From an uncultured delta proteobacterium (GTDB lineage: Bacteria; Myxococcota_A; Polyangia; Fen-1088), in assembly GCA_963796685.1 (NCBI GenBank), contig CAWCMR010000008.1, positions 608,001 to 672,000 on the forward strand: a DNA stretch of 64,000 nt, read 5' to 3'. The notes under the pieces are model-generated. The model saw nothing but the letters and a program-made list of their open reading frames with translations. It was not told the DNA's origin and made no database searches. Made by a program: the position numbers and the translations under genes. Of this stretch, positions 36,040-49,777 are shown one piece after another; the stretch's first letter is position 1; each line of letters starts with the position of its first letter.

Positions 36040-37593
36040 CTAATGCCGGAAGTGGCGCTCGCCCGAGAACAGAAGTGCGATCTTGTGCTCGTTGGCCGCG
36101 GCGATGACTTCGTCGTCGCGCACCGAACCGCCGGGCTCGATGACCGCGGTTACCCCGACCTTGGCCGCTTCGTCGAGGCCATCACGGAACGGGAAGAAGG
36201 CGTCCGAGGCCAGCACCGAGCCCTTGAGCGGAAGCAAGGCCTTCGACACCGCCAGCTTGACCGAGTCCACCCGCGACATTTGGCCGGCGCCCACGCCCAG
36301 GGTGCGACCGCCGCCCACGAACACGATGGCGTTCGACTTGACGTGCTTGGCCACGCGCCAGGCGAAGTCCAGATCGTCGATCTCGGTCTGCGTCGGCTTG
36401 CGTTCCGAGACCACCTTGGCCGTACTGGCGGCGCAGGTCGTGGCATCGGTGGCCTGCACCAGGATGCCTCCGGAAACCGTGCGCATGTCGAGCTGCCCTG
36501 GAGCCGGCGGAGCGATGACCGCGCGCAGGAGGCGAAGGTTCTTCTTGGCCGAGAAGATCTTGAGCGCCTCGGGCGAGAACTCCGGCGCCACGATGCACTC
36601 GAGGAAGACCTCGGTCATCAGCTTGGCCAAATCCTCCTCGACCTTGCGGTTGAAGGCCACGATGCCGCCGAACGCGGATACCGGGTCGGTCTCGCGCGCC
36701 AACTTGTAGGCATCGAGCACGCCCTTGCTCGACACCGCGATGCCACAGGGGTTGGTGTGCTTGATGATGCACGCCACGGGCGGCGAGAATTCGGCGCACA
36801 GCTTCATGGCCGCGTCCAGGTCGAGCAGGTTGTTGTAGGAAAGCTCCTTGCCCTGGAGGACGTCGGCGCGCGCGAGCGACATGCCCGAGGGCGCGTCCCA
36901 GGCATAGAAGGCGGCCTTCTGGTGCGGATTTTCGCCGTAGCGGAGCGCGCGGTCGAGGTGCAGCGCCGGGTGCAGCGTGGCGGAGAAATCGGACACGGCC
37001 TCTCCGTTTTCGGTCAGCCGGCCGAGGTGGCTGGCGATGGCGCCGTCGTAGGCCGCGGTGTGCGCGAAGGCCTTGCGGCACAGCTCGAAGCGCAGTGCCT
37101 GCGAGATCTCCCCTCGCGTTTCGATCTCGGTCAGCACGCGATCGTAGTCGGCCGGATCCACGACCACGGTCACGCGCTCGTGGTTCTTGGCCGCCGAGCG
37201 CACCATGGCCGGGCCGCCGATGTCGATGTTCTCGATGATGTCCTCGAAAGAGGCACCCCGCGCGACCGTCTCGCGGAAAGGATAGAGGTTGACCACCACG
37301 AGGTCGATGGCGTCGATGCCGTGCTCGCGCATCTGCCTGCGGTGCTCGTCGGTGGCGCGGCCAAGGATCCCGCCGTGCACGCGCGGGTGCAGGGTCTTGA
37401 CCCGGCCATCGAGCATCTCGGGAAAGCCGGTGAAGTCGCTCACGTCCTTGACGGGCACCTGAGCCTCGCGCAGGGCACGCGCCGTTCCGCCGGTGGAGAG
37501 GATTTCGACGCCCAGCTTGGCCAGGCGCTTGCCGAGATCCAGGATGCCTTTCTTGTCCGAGACCGAAATCAAAGCACGAGCGACCTTTTGCAT
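36040..37593 (-). CDS. purH: Bifunctional AICAR transformylase/IMP cyclohydrolase
   Basis: ALISVSDK, GRVKTLHP, IDIGGP, LRYGENPHQ, SDAFFPF, RHFRH. Confidence 0.97.
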   Translation of the reverse strand: MQKVARALISVSDKKGILDLGKRLAKLGVEILSTGGTARALREAQVPVKDVSDFTGFPEMLDGRVKTLHPRVHGGILGRATDEHRRQMREHGIDAIDLVVVNLYPFRETVARGASFEDIIENIDIGGPAMVRSAAKNHERVTVVVDPADYDRVLTEIETRGEISQALRFELCRKAFAHTAAYDGAIASHLGRLTENGEAVSDFSATLHPALHLDRALRYGENPHQKAAFYAWDAPSGMSLARADVLQGKELSYNNLLDLDAAMKLCAEFSPPVACIIKHTNPCGIAVSSKGVLDAYKLARETDPVSAFGGIVAFNRKVEEDLAKLMTEVFLECIVAPEFSPEALKIFSAKKNLRLLRAVIAPPAPGQLDMRTVSGGILVQATDATTCAASTAKVVSERKPTQTEIDDLDFAWRVAKHVKSNAIVFVGGGRTLGVGAGQMSRVDSVKLAVSKALLPLKGSVLASDAFFPFRDGLDEAAKVGVTAVIEPGGSVRDDEVIAAANEHKIALLFSGERHFRH

Positions 37594-37730
37594 GAGCGGA
37601 TTCTTACCATAGCCGCGCCCGGTTTCGGCCGCTTCCGTACAAAGACGGGCGTCACGATGCGCGATCGCAGCATCGGACGATGGTCCTTGTCATCGCGAGG
37701 TTTTTGTCCCAAAGATCCGGCCCATAAGCC

Positions 37731-39037
<1,307 letters not shown>

Positions 39038-39041
<4 letters not shown>

Positions 39042-39705
39042 CGCCACGCCTTGGCCCGCGCAAAAAGTCGACCTCGGCCTGTGTGAGTACGGCCAGGCTC
39101 TGCGCCTGCAGCAGGAGCTCGTAAGCAAGCGCCAGGCCGGGATCGTTCCTGACACCCTGGTCCTCGTCGAGCACCCTCCCGCGATCACGAAGGGGCGTTC
39201 GGCCCGACCGGAAAACGTCGTCGACGCCGGCGACGTGCCGGTGTTCGCCATCGAGCGCGGAGGCGACGTCACCTACCACGGGCCCGGCCAGCTCGTGGCC
39301 TACCCGATCTTTCTGCTGCGCGAGGCGGAGCGCGACCTGCACGGTTACCTGCGCGGCCTGGAAGAGGCCATCTTGCGCACCCTCGCGGACTTCCGCATCG
39401 CGGGTGCGCGCCGACCGGGCCTGACGGGCGTCTGGACCGCGGATGAAGACACGCCACGCAAGCTGGCCTCCATCGGGGTCGCCGTCCGCAAGTGGGTCAC
39501 GATGCACGGCCTCGCGCTCAACGTGAACACCGATCTCGCGCGCTTCGCCGCCATCCATCCCTGCGGCCTCGACGCCAGGGTGATGACCTCGATGGCGATC
39601 GAGCGCGGACAGTCGACAGACTTCATCGCGGTCAAGGCCACGTTGGCCAACCACCTGGCGGCGGTGTTCGACCGGGCGTGGCTCCCGGCAATCGACTCTC
39701 CTTGA
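39038..39705 (+). CDS. lipB: Octanoyltransferase (lipoate-protein ligase B); 5' end probably frameshifted
   Basis: VEHPP, RGGDVTYHGPGQLV, TGVW, KLASIG, HGLALN, IHPCG. The homologous frame extends upstream without a start codon. A TTG at 39038 overlapping the gltA stop fits if one A is missing from the A5 run at 39062-39066. Confidence 0.88.
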
Positions 39706-39728
39706 CGAATAGGGCAGTATCCCCGTCC

Positions 39729-40973
39729 GTGCACATCGCGGACGACCGACCTTTGCGGCTTCCCATCGCTTGCGTGGCGCTGGCCACGGGCTTCATCGCC
39801 CTGCTCTGTCCCCGGACGCCGCGCGCCCAGCCGCTCCTCGATCTGCCCGACCCCGCCCCGGCGACGGATGTAGCCCCCGCGGTAGTCCCCACCGCACCCG
39901 TCACGCCCGTGGCAAACGTGCCCGTGCCCGCTCCCGGTGACAGCATCACCGCCCAGGTCGGCACACGTGCAGCCCTGCGCGCGCAGAATCCCAACACGCC
40001 GAGCAAGATCGACGACCTGGGCATGGAAGGCGAAGCCGACGTCGTGTTCTGGGGTCAGGTGCACCCCTTCCTGAAGTGGCAGGCCGGCTTCATCGGCGCG
40101 TTCGGTCCCCAGGGTGCGGCCGCCAGCGCGGCGCTGCTCGATCTGGTGGCCAAGCTGGAATTCGCCGAGGCCTTCAATCTGTGGCTCGGCCGCATGCCCG
40201 TCCCCTCCGATCGCGCCAGCCTCAGCACGGTGTGGGCCATCGCGCCTTGGACCCTGCCCGGCAGGTACAGCGTCTTTGCCCCCTTCGCCAGCACCAACAT
40301 CCGCCCTGCCCCTGGGCCGCGCCTGGGCGACGCCAACGATCGAAGCGACGGCGCCACGGTGTGGGGAAAGCTGGGCGGGGGAAAATTCAAGTACTATCTC
40401 GGCATCTTCGGCCTCGACCAGGCGGACACCAGCCCGCTCTACTCGGCGCGGTTGGCCCTGAGCCTGCTTGGCGCCGAGCCCGGCTTCCGCACCAGCAGCA
40501 CGTATTTCGGCACCAAAGACGTCCTCGCACTGGGGGTCGGGGCCCAGCACCGCGCCGGCGACTCGCGACCACCCACGACCGGCGCGACCCCGGCGAGCAA
40601 TTTCAACGAGCTCAATGGCGATTTGCTCTTCGAGAAGGGCAGCAGCGCCGCGGGCGTCCTGGATCTGGAAGGCTCGTTCGCCAAGCTGTGGGGCGACAAC
40701 GAGCTGGCGAGCTACCAGTTCTTCGCCCTGGCCAGCTACCTCATGCCCGTCGAGATTGGCATCGGGAAGTTGCAGCCGCTCGTGCGCGTCCAGCACGCGG
40801 GCAAGGGCAAGGCCGTGGATGCGGGCGACTTCACCAGCCTCGACGCCCAGATCGGCTACATCATCGACGGCTTTCACGCCCGCCTGCTGGGCGTCTACCA
40901 GTACGGCCGCGTCCTGGGTCAGACCGAAAATGCGATCCTCTTCGGCGTGCAGATGCTCTCGCACACGAAGTAG
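39729..40973 (+). CDS. Putative outer-membrane porin (OprO/P-like beta-barrel)
   Basis: Signal-like segment, Pro-rich linker, alternating beta-strand pattern, LWLGRM...DR motif. Confidence 0.6.
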   Translation: MHIADDRPLRLPIACVALATGFIALLCPRTPRAQPLLDLPDPAPATDVAPAVVPTAPVTPVANVPVPAPGDSITAQVGTRAALRAQNPNTPSKIDDLGMEGEADVVFWGQVHPFLKWQAGFIGAFGPQGAAASAALLDLVAKLEFAEAFNLWLGRMPVPSDRASLSTVWAIAPWTLPGRYSVFAPFASTNIRPAPGPRLGDANDRSDGATVWGKLGGGKFKYYLGIFGLDQADTSPLYSARLALSLLGAEPGFRTSSTYFGTKDVLALGVGAQHRAGDSRPPTTGATPASNFNELNGDLLFEKGSSAAGVLDLEGSFAKLWGDNELASYQFFALASYLMPVEIGIGKLQPLVRVQHAGKGKAVDAGDFTSLDAQIGYIIDGFHARLLGVYQYGRVLGQTENAILFGVQMLSHTK

Positions 40974-41411
40974 GACCGGGCAGCGGCGACGATCAAACGA
41001 TAGTCCCCTGGCCGTGGCGACGCACGAGTGCCCGAAGTTCGGATTTTTGTTTTTCCCGGCTTCGGTGTCTAGCATCCAAGATGCCGTTTGCACCAACCCG
41101 GCCACCTGCCCCGATGCCGAATACTCCCCCATCCCCAGCAGCGAAAGTTGGCACTATTCACTGGCCCACTGGGTGGAAGACGATCCCACGGTTGGCGACG
41201 GCGCCTTCAGCAGCCCGGCAAGACCACCTATGGCGTTCTCGCCCGCCACGTTCACGTGACCCTGAGCGGAAACGATCCCCTGGCCATCGCCTCGGTCATC
41301 TGCGGCCGGCTGATCCGCAAAGCCTGGTTCACAGCCACTGCGCAGTAAGAAAGTCAAAGCCTTCGATATCGTACTTTACGTATTTTATTACTGAACGTAT
41401 ACTATGATATC

Positions 41412-42548
41412 ATGCTATCTCGACCCTTCTGGCAAGAGCGCCTCGCCACCGCTTGGCGGGAGGCGCCCATCGCGTGGCTGTGCGGTGTGCGACGCTGTGG
41501 CAAGACCGTTCTCGCCGAGAGCTTCGGGCCAAAGCAAACCCTCTTCGTCAACTGCGATCTGCCCGCCGCGGAGGACATGCTTCGCGATCCACAGGTCTTC
41601 TTTCGCTCGTGCAAGAAGCCGGTGGTGGTGTTCGACGAAATCCATCAGCTTCGCGACCCTGCGCGCGTTCTGAAGATCGGCGCCGATCTCTTCCCGAAGT
41701 TGAGGATCCTGGCCACCGGTTCATCGACCCTGGCCGCGAGCAAGAAGTTCCGCGACACCCTGACCGGCCGCAAGCGAGTCGTGCACCTCTTGCCCGTTCT
41801 GTGGACCGAGCTCGAAACCTTCGGCGCCACGCTGCCTGAGCGCCTCTTCCACGGGGGCCTTCCCCAGGCCCTGCTGGCCAAAGAGAAGAACCCATCCTTC
41901 TACCGCGAGTGGATGGATTCCTTCTTCGCGCGTGACATCCAGCGCCTGTTCGGTTTTCGCGATGTGAACCGATTCAACGCCCTCTTCGACTACCTGCTTC
42001 GGCAAAGTGGCGGGCAACTGGAGAGCACGCGCACGGCCTCGGCCATTGGTATCACGCGACCCACCGTGGAAAGCCATCTACGGGCGCTCGAAATCACCAA
42101 TGCCGCGACCTTGGTGCGGCCGTTCCATGGCGGCGGCCAGAACGAAGTGGTGAAGATGCCCAAAGTCTACGGCTTCGACACCGGTTTCGTCAGCTTCGCC
42201 CGTGGGTGGGATCCGCTGCGCCAGGAGGACTTGGGCCTGCTCTGGGAGCACTTCGTGCTCGAACAGTTGCAAGCGTACTTTCCCGACACGCCGGTACGAT
42301 ACTGGCGTGACAAGGCTGGCCGCGAAATAGACTTCGTGCTCGCCCAGCGCCGCGACCAAATCGACGTTGTCGAGTGCAAATGGAATCCAGACTCGTTCGA
42401 CGCCAACGCACTCAAGCTCTTTCGCGGCTATTACCCCAAGGGCAAGAACTACCTCGTCACGCCCTCCGGAGATCCCGCGTACAGGAAAGTTTACGGCAAG
42501 CTGGAGGTTCGCATCTGCACTCCGTCACACTTTGCCGTGAAGACTTGA
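41412..42548 (+). CDS. AAA_14 ATPase with C-terminal DUF4143 nuclease-like domain
   Basis: Walker A GVRRCGKT, Walker B VFDEIHQ, ATGSS, LTGR, K-x-YGFDTG, YWRD...EIDF...VECK. Confidence 0.88.
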   Translation: MLSRPFWQERLATAWREAPIAWLCGVRRCGKTVLAESFGPKQTLFVNCDLPAAEDMLRDPQVFFRSCKKPVVVFDEIHQLRDPARVLKIGADLFPKLRILATGSSTLAASKKFRDTLTGRKRVVHLLPVLWTELETFGATLPERLFHGGLPQALLAKEKNPSFYREWMDSFFARDIQRLFGFRDVNRFNALFDYLLRQSGGQLESTRTASAIGITRPTVESHLRALEITNAATLVRPFHGGGQNEVVKMPKVYGFDTGFVSFARGWDPLRQEDLGLLWEHFVLEQLQAYFPDTPVRYWRDKAGREIDFVLAQRRDQIDVVECKWNPDSFDANALKLFRGYYPKGKNYLVTPSGDPAYRKVYGKLEVRICTPSHFAVKT

Positions 42549-42635
42549 AGTCGCGCCGACGCCCGGGCTCGTCAGCCCAGGGTCGTAGGCTGCACCGGCA
42601 GATCGAGGATCGACAGTACCTGGATCTCTTCATAA

Positions 42636-42672
42636 CCATGAAAATCCTCAGATCATTTGAGGATTTTCATGG
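42636..42672. terminator. Perfect 15-bp inverted repeat between convergent genes (terminator or operator)
   Basis: CCATGAAAATCCTCA-N7-TGAGGATTTTCATGG. Confidence 0.5.
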
Positions 42673-42718
42673 ATACTCGGAACGCTCGCGGTTGCCCCCT
42701 GGGGGCATGCCGAGCTAT

Positions 42719-43660
42719 TTAGTTGCACGCGTCGTTGACCAGATTGGTCACGCAGGTATCAAGAACGCCGCTTCCACCCACGGTATTGAGGCATGAGGTG
42801 TGACAGGATCCACTGCCCGTGCACGGAGTCGACGACGGCCCGGAAGTCAGCAGGCAGGTGATCATGGTCTGGCACTCGGTTGAAAGGCTTACCGTGTTGT
42901 CATGGCAGCTGCTGCACGGGTCGCTCGAACCCGAGGAGTAGCCCGCGTCGATGATCTGCTGGATGCAGCTGACGGGCGCGGAATCCGCGACATCCGCAGC
43001 CACATCGGGCGTGGAGTCCGGGCCGAGGTCGGGTGCTGTCGGCGCATCGACCGACGACGTGTCGATTTCCGCGTCGAGGAAAACCACGGTCGTGTCGATG
43101 GCCTCGCTGTCGAGGCCTTGGGTGTCCTGCGCGCCGCTGTCGATAAGGATCGGAGCGCCACCGTCCTCGCTCCCGGCTTCGGTCGCCGCGCCATCCTCGC
43201 CGAGGAGAGGTGCATCTTTCGCGTCGCTGGCGGCCTCGCCGCCACCACCGTCGGACAGGGTGCCACCGGCACCGGCGGTGCTACTCCCGCCCGAGCCGCC
43301 TGTGCCCCCGACACCGCCCGTGCCAGCCGTGCCACCCGTGCCACCAGCGCTGCTGGAGCCCCCCGAGCCGCCCGCGCTCGCTCCGCCGAAACCGCCGCTC
43401 CCGCCCGAGCCACTCAATCCGCCGCTTGCGCTCGAGCCACCCGAACCGCTGGTGCCGCCCTTGGCGCTCGAACCGCCTGAACCGCTGCTGCCACCCTTGG
43501 CGCTTGAGCCGCCTGATCCGCCACCGGTGTCCCTCTTTCCGGCGTCGGCCTTGCTGGTTGGACTGCTACCGCTCGAACAACCGAGCGTAAGCAAACTGAT
43601 GGAAAAGAACGCACCGAGCAAGGTGCGAAGGAAGGCTCCTGGTTTCATAGGTGACTCCAT
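42719..43660 (-). CDS. Gly/Ser-rich lipoprotein with small Cys-rich C-terminal domain
   Basis: Lipobox TLGC, GGSSGS repeats, acidic linker, about ten C-terminal Cys. Confidence 0.7.
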   Translation of the reverse strand: MESPMKPGAFLRTLLGAFFSISLLTLGCSSGSSPTSKADAGKRDTGGGSGGSSAKGGSSGSGGSSAKGGTSGSGGSSASGGLSGSGGSGGFGGASAGGSGGSSSAGGTGGTAGTGGVGGTGGSGGSSTAGAGGTLSDGGGGEAASDAKDAPLLGEDGAATEAGSEDGGAPILIDSGAQDTQGLDSEAIDTTVVFLDAEIDTSSVDAPTAPDLGPDSTPDVAADVADSAPVSCIQQIIDAGYSSGSSDPCSSCHDNTVSLSTECQTMITCLLTSGPSSTPCTGSGSCHTSCLNTVGGSGVLDTCVTNLVNDACN

Positions 43661-43764
43661 GGGTGGTTCGTACCCATAACAATGCCCATCCCGTCATTGA
43701 GAATGGGGTGCCCGGAAAAATGCTGTCCGGGCGCAGCACGATCCTGGCTCGATGCGTGCGAGGA

Positions 43765-44463
43765 CTACCCGGCGCGGAATTGGAAATCGCGCTGTCGGAC
43801 GACCTTCTCGTCCTCCAGATCGACGAGAAACGCCGTGCCCTCGCCCACCATTCCGTTGAAGGAACGCAGGTACCAGACATCCACGCCCCAGCGACCGTGA
43901 CCGCTTTCGCTCGGCGGGCACCACTCGGCAGCCTCGAGGTCGCCGAGCCCCGGCGGGCGGGCGCGCGTTTCGCTGGCAACTTCCTTGAAATGGTGGGACG
44001 CGCGCGCGATCTGCTCCGCCTTGCGCGCGGCCTTGGGCTCGATTTCGCGACGCCATTCGCTGACCAGCCGAAACGACTTCAGATCCCCGCCGACCGGGCC
44101 CTCGGCCTCGTAGATCTCGTCGGCGGCCAGGCCGGCAAAGTCCGATACATCGAACTCGGGGAACAGGTCCTCCCTGTCGATCTGCTCGGAACGATCGGCG
44201 AACGAGAGCTCGCCGATGGCCTTGCCTTGCGACGAGTAGTAGGCGTAGAGGCGCAGAACATAGTCGCGTGACGGAATGCGATGATCCCAGTCGAGCACCC
44301 ACATGGCGGCCTTGTAGACCTTGCCCCGAAACGGCATGAACACCGGCAGTGCCGCGGCGATCTTGTCCAGGATCGCGAGATCCTTGAACAGATCCTGCGT
44401 CACGAGGCGCGGGTGAACCTTGACTGCGCGTTTCAGCTCTTCCCGAAGATCCAACTCGGCCAT
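43765..44463 (-). CDS. Hypothetical protein
   Basis: Natural amino-acid composition with host-like codon usage; no recognised motif. Confidence 0.7.
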   Translation of the reverse strand: MAELDLREELKRAVKVHPRLVTQDLFKDLAILDKIAAALPVFMPFRGKVYKAAMWVLDWDHRIPSRDYVLRLYAYYSSQGKAIGELSFADRSEQIDREDLFPEFDVSDFAGLAADEIYEAEGPVGGDLKSFRLVSEWRREIEPKAARKAEQIARASHHFKEVASETRARPPGLGDLEAAEWCPPSESGHGRWGVDVWYLRSFNGMVGEGTAFLVDLEDEKVVRQRDFQFRAG

Positions 44464-44662
44464 GACAGCCGTCTAGGTTAACCGGGAATCCCCATCAGCG
44501 CACAATTCTTGATCCGAATCTGAGAAAGAACCCTGGCCTAATACCACCTCGCCCCGCGTAGCGGACCGCGCAGCAGGCGAGGGCGCGGCGAAGCCGCGGG
44601 GGCAGGGGTAGGGTGTGCAGGTCCCGAAGCGCCCAAGGGGCGGAGAGGTCGCCGAAACGTGT

Positions 44663-45919
<1,257 letters not shown>

Positions 45920-46001
45920 GGATCGAGGTCACAGAGATCGGAATGAACCCGAGCTCACGGAGGTCGGAAAAAGGAGCCCGTATCTTGTGCTCTCTCGGGC
46001 T

Positions 46002-46280
46002 CTAGGCCGCGGGAGCGGCGCCTTCGGCGGTGGCGCCCTTCTTGTGCTCGGCGCACACACCGCCAGCGACGGCGGGCTTGCGACAGCCTTCCTTGCTGCA
46101 GGTGTTGTAGCGTTGCTTCTTGCCGAGCTTGCCGCGACGCCAACTCATGTAGTGCTTGCGGCAGTAGCCCTTCGCCCGCACCGGCTGCTTGCACTTCTCG
46201 ACGCAGCACTTTTCGCCGGCCTCGGCGGCGGGCTTGGTCTTGGCGGGGCTGGTTTTGGCGGTCGCTTTTTCGTCGGCCAT
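46002..46280 (-). CDS. Small basic Zn-finger protein, myxobacterial vegetative protein VegA-like
   Basis: Two C-x4-C...C-x2-H units (KGYCRKHY, GGVCAEH) with Lys/Ala-rich ends. Confidence 0.7.
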   Translation of the reverse strand: MADEKATAKTSPAKTKPAAEAGEKCCVEKCKQPVRAKGYCRKHYMSWRRGKLGKKQRYNTCSKEGCRKPAVAGGVCAEHKKGATAEGAAPAA

Positions 46281-46464
46281 GGGTTCAGAATCCTTTCACT
46301 TGCGTATCGCTGATTCGGGCACCCGAGAATGGATAGCTCGGGCGCCGGAGTCAAGTTGAACGTCGCGGCTCGGCCGTCCGAGCTGCCAAGTAGAGGCATT
46401 TCCCCTGTGCGTCACTCCCCTTCTGTGAGAGCCTGGCCACGTCCTCTTGGGATCGGGATCGCGC

Positions 46465-47349
46465 TCAGGCCGGCATGCCCATGGCGGCGCGGAGGGCGCG
46501 GAACTCGTCGGTGCGTCGCCCCTGCTCGTCGCGCACCACCAGCGGCGGATCCACCACCAGGGGCTCGGCGTCCTCGGGCCTGCGCATGGCGAAGATGCAC
46601 AACAACGGCTCCTTGCCCGCGCGTGGGACGATCTCGCGCCAGCGTACGAGACGCAGGCCGGCCGAGCAAGCCGCGGGCTCGACCCGTTCGCGCTGGATCC
46701 AGGCTTCGCACGCGACGAAGGGAGCGCCTTTCGCCAGCCGTGGCGCGGCGGCGGCGCAGTAAGCTTCGATCCCGCCGCGATGCTCGAACCGGCAGGGCGC
46801 GCGCTGGACCCGATCCGATTCGGGCCCGGCACCGACCGGAAAGTATGGAGGTGTGCCCGTGACGAGATCGAAGGTTGTCTCGACTGCACCGGGCGCACGA
46901 AAATCGTGCACCCGAATCTCGGCACGCTCGGTGATGCCGTTCCAGGCCAGCGAGCGCTTGGCCAGACCGGCGGACACCTCTTGCGCTTCCACGCCGACGA
47001 GGCACGCGGCGGGAAAGCGCCACGCGAGGAACAACAGCACGCTGCCGATGCCGCACCCTAGATCCAGGCAGCGCCCGGGGGGGTTGCCCTCGACCAAGCT
47101 GGCAGCCAAGTGGGCGGTCAAGAGATCGTCGAGGGAAGTGCGATGCCCGTCGAGCCGCTGCAAGAGGCGCCAGTTGCCCGCAAGCCAGCACAGATCTTCC
47201 TCTTGGCTGGGCCACAGCTCGCCCAAGTCCGCGGGCAAGGACGGCGGCGGCCCCTGCGCCACCCACGCGGCCGGTCGGCGCGCTGCCCGCAACACCCCGC
47301 CACGAGGCGAAGTCTGATCGATGGGGAACGGCGCAAGCGTGATCGGCAC
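46465..47349 (-). CDS. SAM-dependent methyltransferase, tRNA1(Val) A37 N6-methylase-like
   Basis: LDLGCGIGS, GVEAQ, DLVTGTPPYF, CRFE. Confidence 0.78.
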   Translation of the reverse strand: MPITLAPFPIDQTSPRGGVLRAARRPAAWVAQGPPPSLPADLGELWPSQEEDLCWLAGNWRLLQRLDGHRTSLDDLLTAHLAASLVEGNPPGRCLDLGCGIGSVLLFLAWRFPAACLVGVEAQEVSAGLAKRSLAWNGITERAEIRVHDFRAPGAVETTFDLVTGTPPYFPVGAGPESDRVQRAPCRFEHRGGIEAYCAAAAPRLAKGAPFVACEAWIQRERVEPAACSAGLRLVRWREIVPRAGKEPLLCIFAMRRPEDAEPLVVDPPLVVRDEQGRRTDEFRALRAAMGMPA

Positions 47350-47420
47350 GGCCGGGAGATAGCACCGGACGGTCGTGCTGGCTAGACCGCCAGCTTTGAC
47401 CGCACCAATCCCGGCATGCG

Positions 47421-49485
47421 TCAGTAGTCGCAGCCTGGCCGTGAGGTGAGGTCAGGACAAGTCCAGCATTGCATTGCGATCTTCGTTCCTCCCACCAGCG
47501 GGCCATCGGCGATTTCAGCGGCCGTCCGGACGACGCTGAAGACCTGTCCGCTGACCGGACATTTTGCGTGGTCGAGGATCAGCTGCCAGCAGTCGGCGGT
47601 GATAGTATCCGGCGTGGCACCGGGCGGACACATGGGCAGCGACTGGGGGGATTCGGTGTACGTGACCTTGCCGGTCGTAGAATCGCTCTCGGGCACGCGA
47701 TAGACCACGCGGCAGTCGGGTTGAAGGCCGGGGGTCACTGGATCGACATCCATCAGCCTCGCATCGATGCAGAGGTTCTGAAGCATCATGGCTACCGAGC
47801 CTCCGATCACGTCCATGGCCGGACCGAAGTCCCGCTCGCAAATGCTGAATTTGAGGCCGTTCGGGCCGAATTCGTCGATGAAGGCAGCGATGCGCAGCCC
47901 ACCTTGTGCGCCCCAGGCCCACGCATCCGCGTCGAACGTGGCGGGGTCCTTCGGCTCGTGGTCGGGATCGTAGCAAACCGGCCAGTAGTCCCACACCAGC
48001 CCCTGCTGGTTGTCGACATCTTCGGGGCGCGGGCCGGGCACGAGATCGATCTTGTACTTGGCATTGGCCAGGGCCTCACCGTTGCGTGGCCAGCCAAAGA
48101 TGCCGGCCACCATGATCTGGTTTGACGGATCGGCCTTGAGCGACATGATCTCCTGGGCCAGGTGGTGGATGTCCTTGAGCGGGCTGCAAGTCGTCGGCCC
48201 GCTGGTGTCGGTCGCGGCGTTGCCGTCGGTGGGATTGGGGCATGCGTCGGTTCGTGCCGCGCAGTCGGCGAAACTGGCTTCGAATTTGGCGCTGGTGGGA
48301 TAGCCGGGAGGCGCGTCGGTCAGGTTCACGCCGTTGCACTGGTGGGCGCGCGTGGCGCACCGGAGGCTGGTCGATTCGCCGCGCAGCTCCGGCTTGTCGC
48401 CGAACATGCCGTCGTTAGTCGCCGCGGAACAGTCGTCCTCGTCGCTGAGGATGACCAGGCCAAGGTAGGCCTGCGGGCGGAGGAAGGTGTTCTGCAAGCC
48501 GCCGCTCTGGCTCTGGTGGAGGTTTGCAGCGAAGGCGAATTCGAAGGCCTGCAGCGGATGCTCTTGCCCACAACCGACGGCGCCGAGATTCCCGGCCAGA
48601 CACCCGAAGACCTGGCCGATGTCCATCGTCGGGTCATAGTTCTTCGGTTTGCCATTGGCATACTCGAGCCAGAGCGCATCGGGGTTGGCGCCGCAGCCGG
48701 CGGCGCCGCGCATTTGAAAGTTGCCGAGGTCGCCGAAGCTGTTGTTCGCGTCGAGACTGGCGGTCGGGCCGCACGCCCCGCTCGGGTACGCCCCGCCCGT
48801 GCCGAGGTCGCTGTCGATGATCGCGACCCTGAGGTCGGGATAGCGCCCGTCGGATGGATCCTCGAGCGCTGCGAGCAGCTTGGGGAACTGTTGCGCGAGC
48901 TTGCTCGCCTTGGGCGCCATGGAAGGCGAGTTGTCGATCATGAAGATCAGGTCGAGTTGGCGGACGGGCGACACGCTTATGTACAGGTCGGTTTCCTGGC
49001 CAACGCCAGCGGCCTCGGCGCTGCCGGCCGCGCTCTGGCAGGCGGCGAGCGCATCCGGCCCCTGGCATGCGACCGACATCTGGGCGCCGCCCTGGCCCAG
49101 GAAATCCTTGCACATGCAATAGTGCTTGCAGCAGAGCGGGCCGACCACGAAGGGCACCCCGCAGACGAAGCCGCCCGTGCAGCGCGTATCCTGCGCGTCG
49201 CCCGGGCTCCGGAAGCTCGCCGCCGCAGTCGGAATCGCGGCTGCACTCGTCGGTGCAGGTCGCGCCGGTAGGCGGTTCGACGATGCTTGACTCGGGGGCC
49301 TGTACCGGCTTGAGGCAAAGGCCCGTCGGGCACGCGCCGGCCTTGAGGTTGACCACCCCTTGGGAAGGCCCGGCGTCTACCGTCAGATTGCAGAGCTGCC
49401 CGACGGTATCGCTTCGCTTGCAGCCGACACCCATCATGAGAAAAGCGGTCCCGAACCACGCAACGGCACAAGGCTTGGTCTTCAT
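47421..49485 (-). CDS. Cys-rich lipoprotein with vWA-like domain (myxobacterial Cgl-type), frameshifted at ~49211
   Basis: Lipobox GVGC, Cys-rich N-domain, MIDAS-like DLIFMIDNSPSM, LSDEDDCS. Removing one extra C joins GEL|RSPGDAQDTRC. Confidence 0.72.
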
Positions 49486-49777
49486 GAGCCGATGACCTTT
49501 CTGCTGGCGGTCCCTGGATTCATCGAGGTCTTGCGGTTGCATCAAAGCAAGAATCGGACCTCGTCCCGAGGCCCGGATGACCAGGAAAGATCGGAAGGAA
49601 CGACCTCCGCACGCCAACCCCGTTGGCATCTTCCATCCCGCCGTTGGCTTTGTGGCTCCCCCACGGAGCTTGCGTCCCGCCAACTCGACCGCATAGCATG
49701 CGGCCCGACTCTCCACGCGAGCCTCGGATCCTTGTCCATCCAAGGGTCCACCGCCCGCACCTCAGATAGGATCGACC

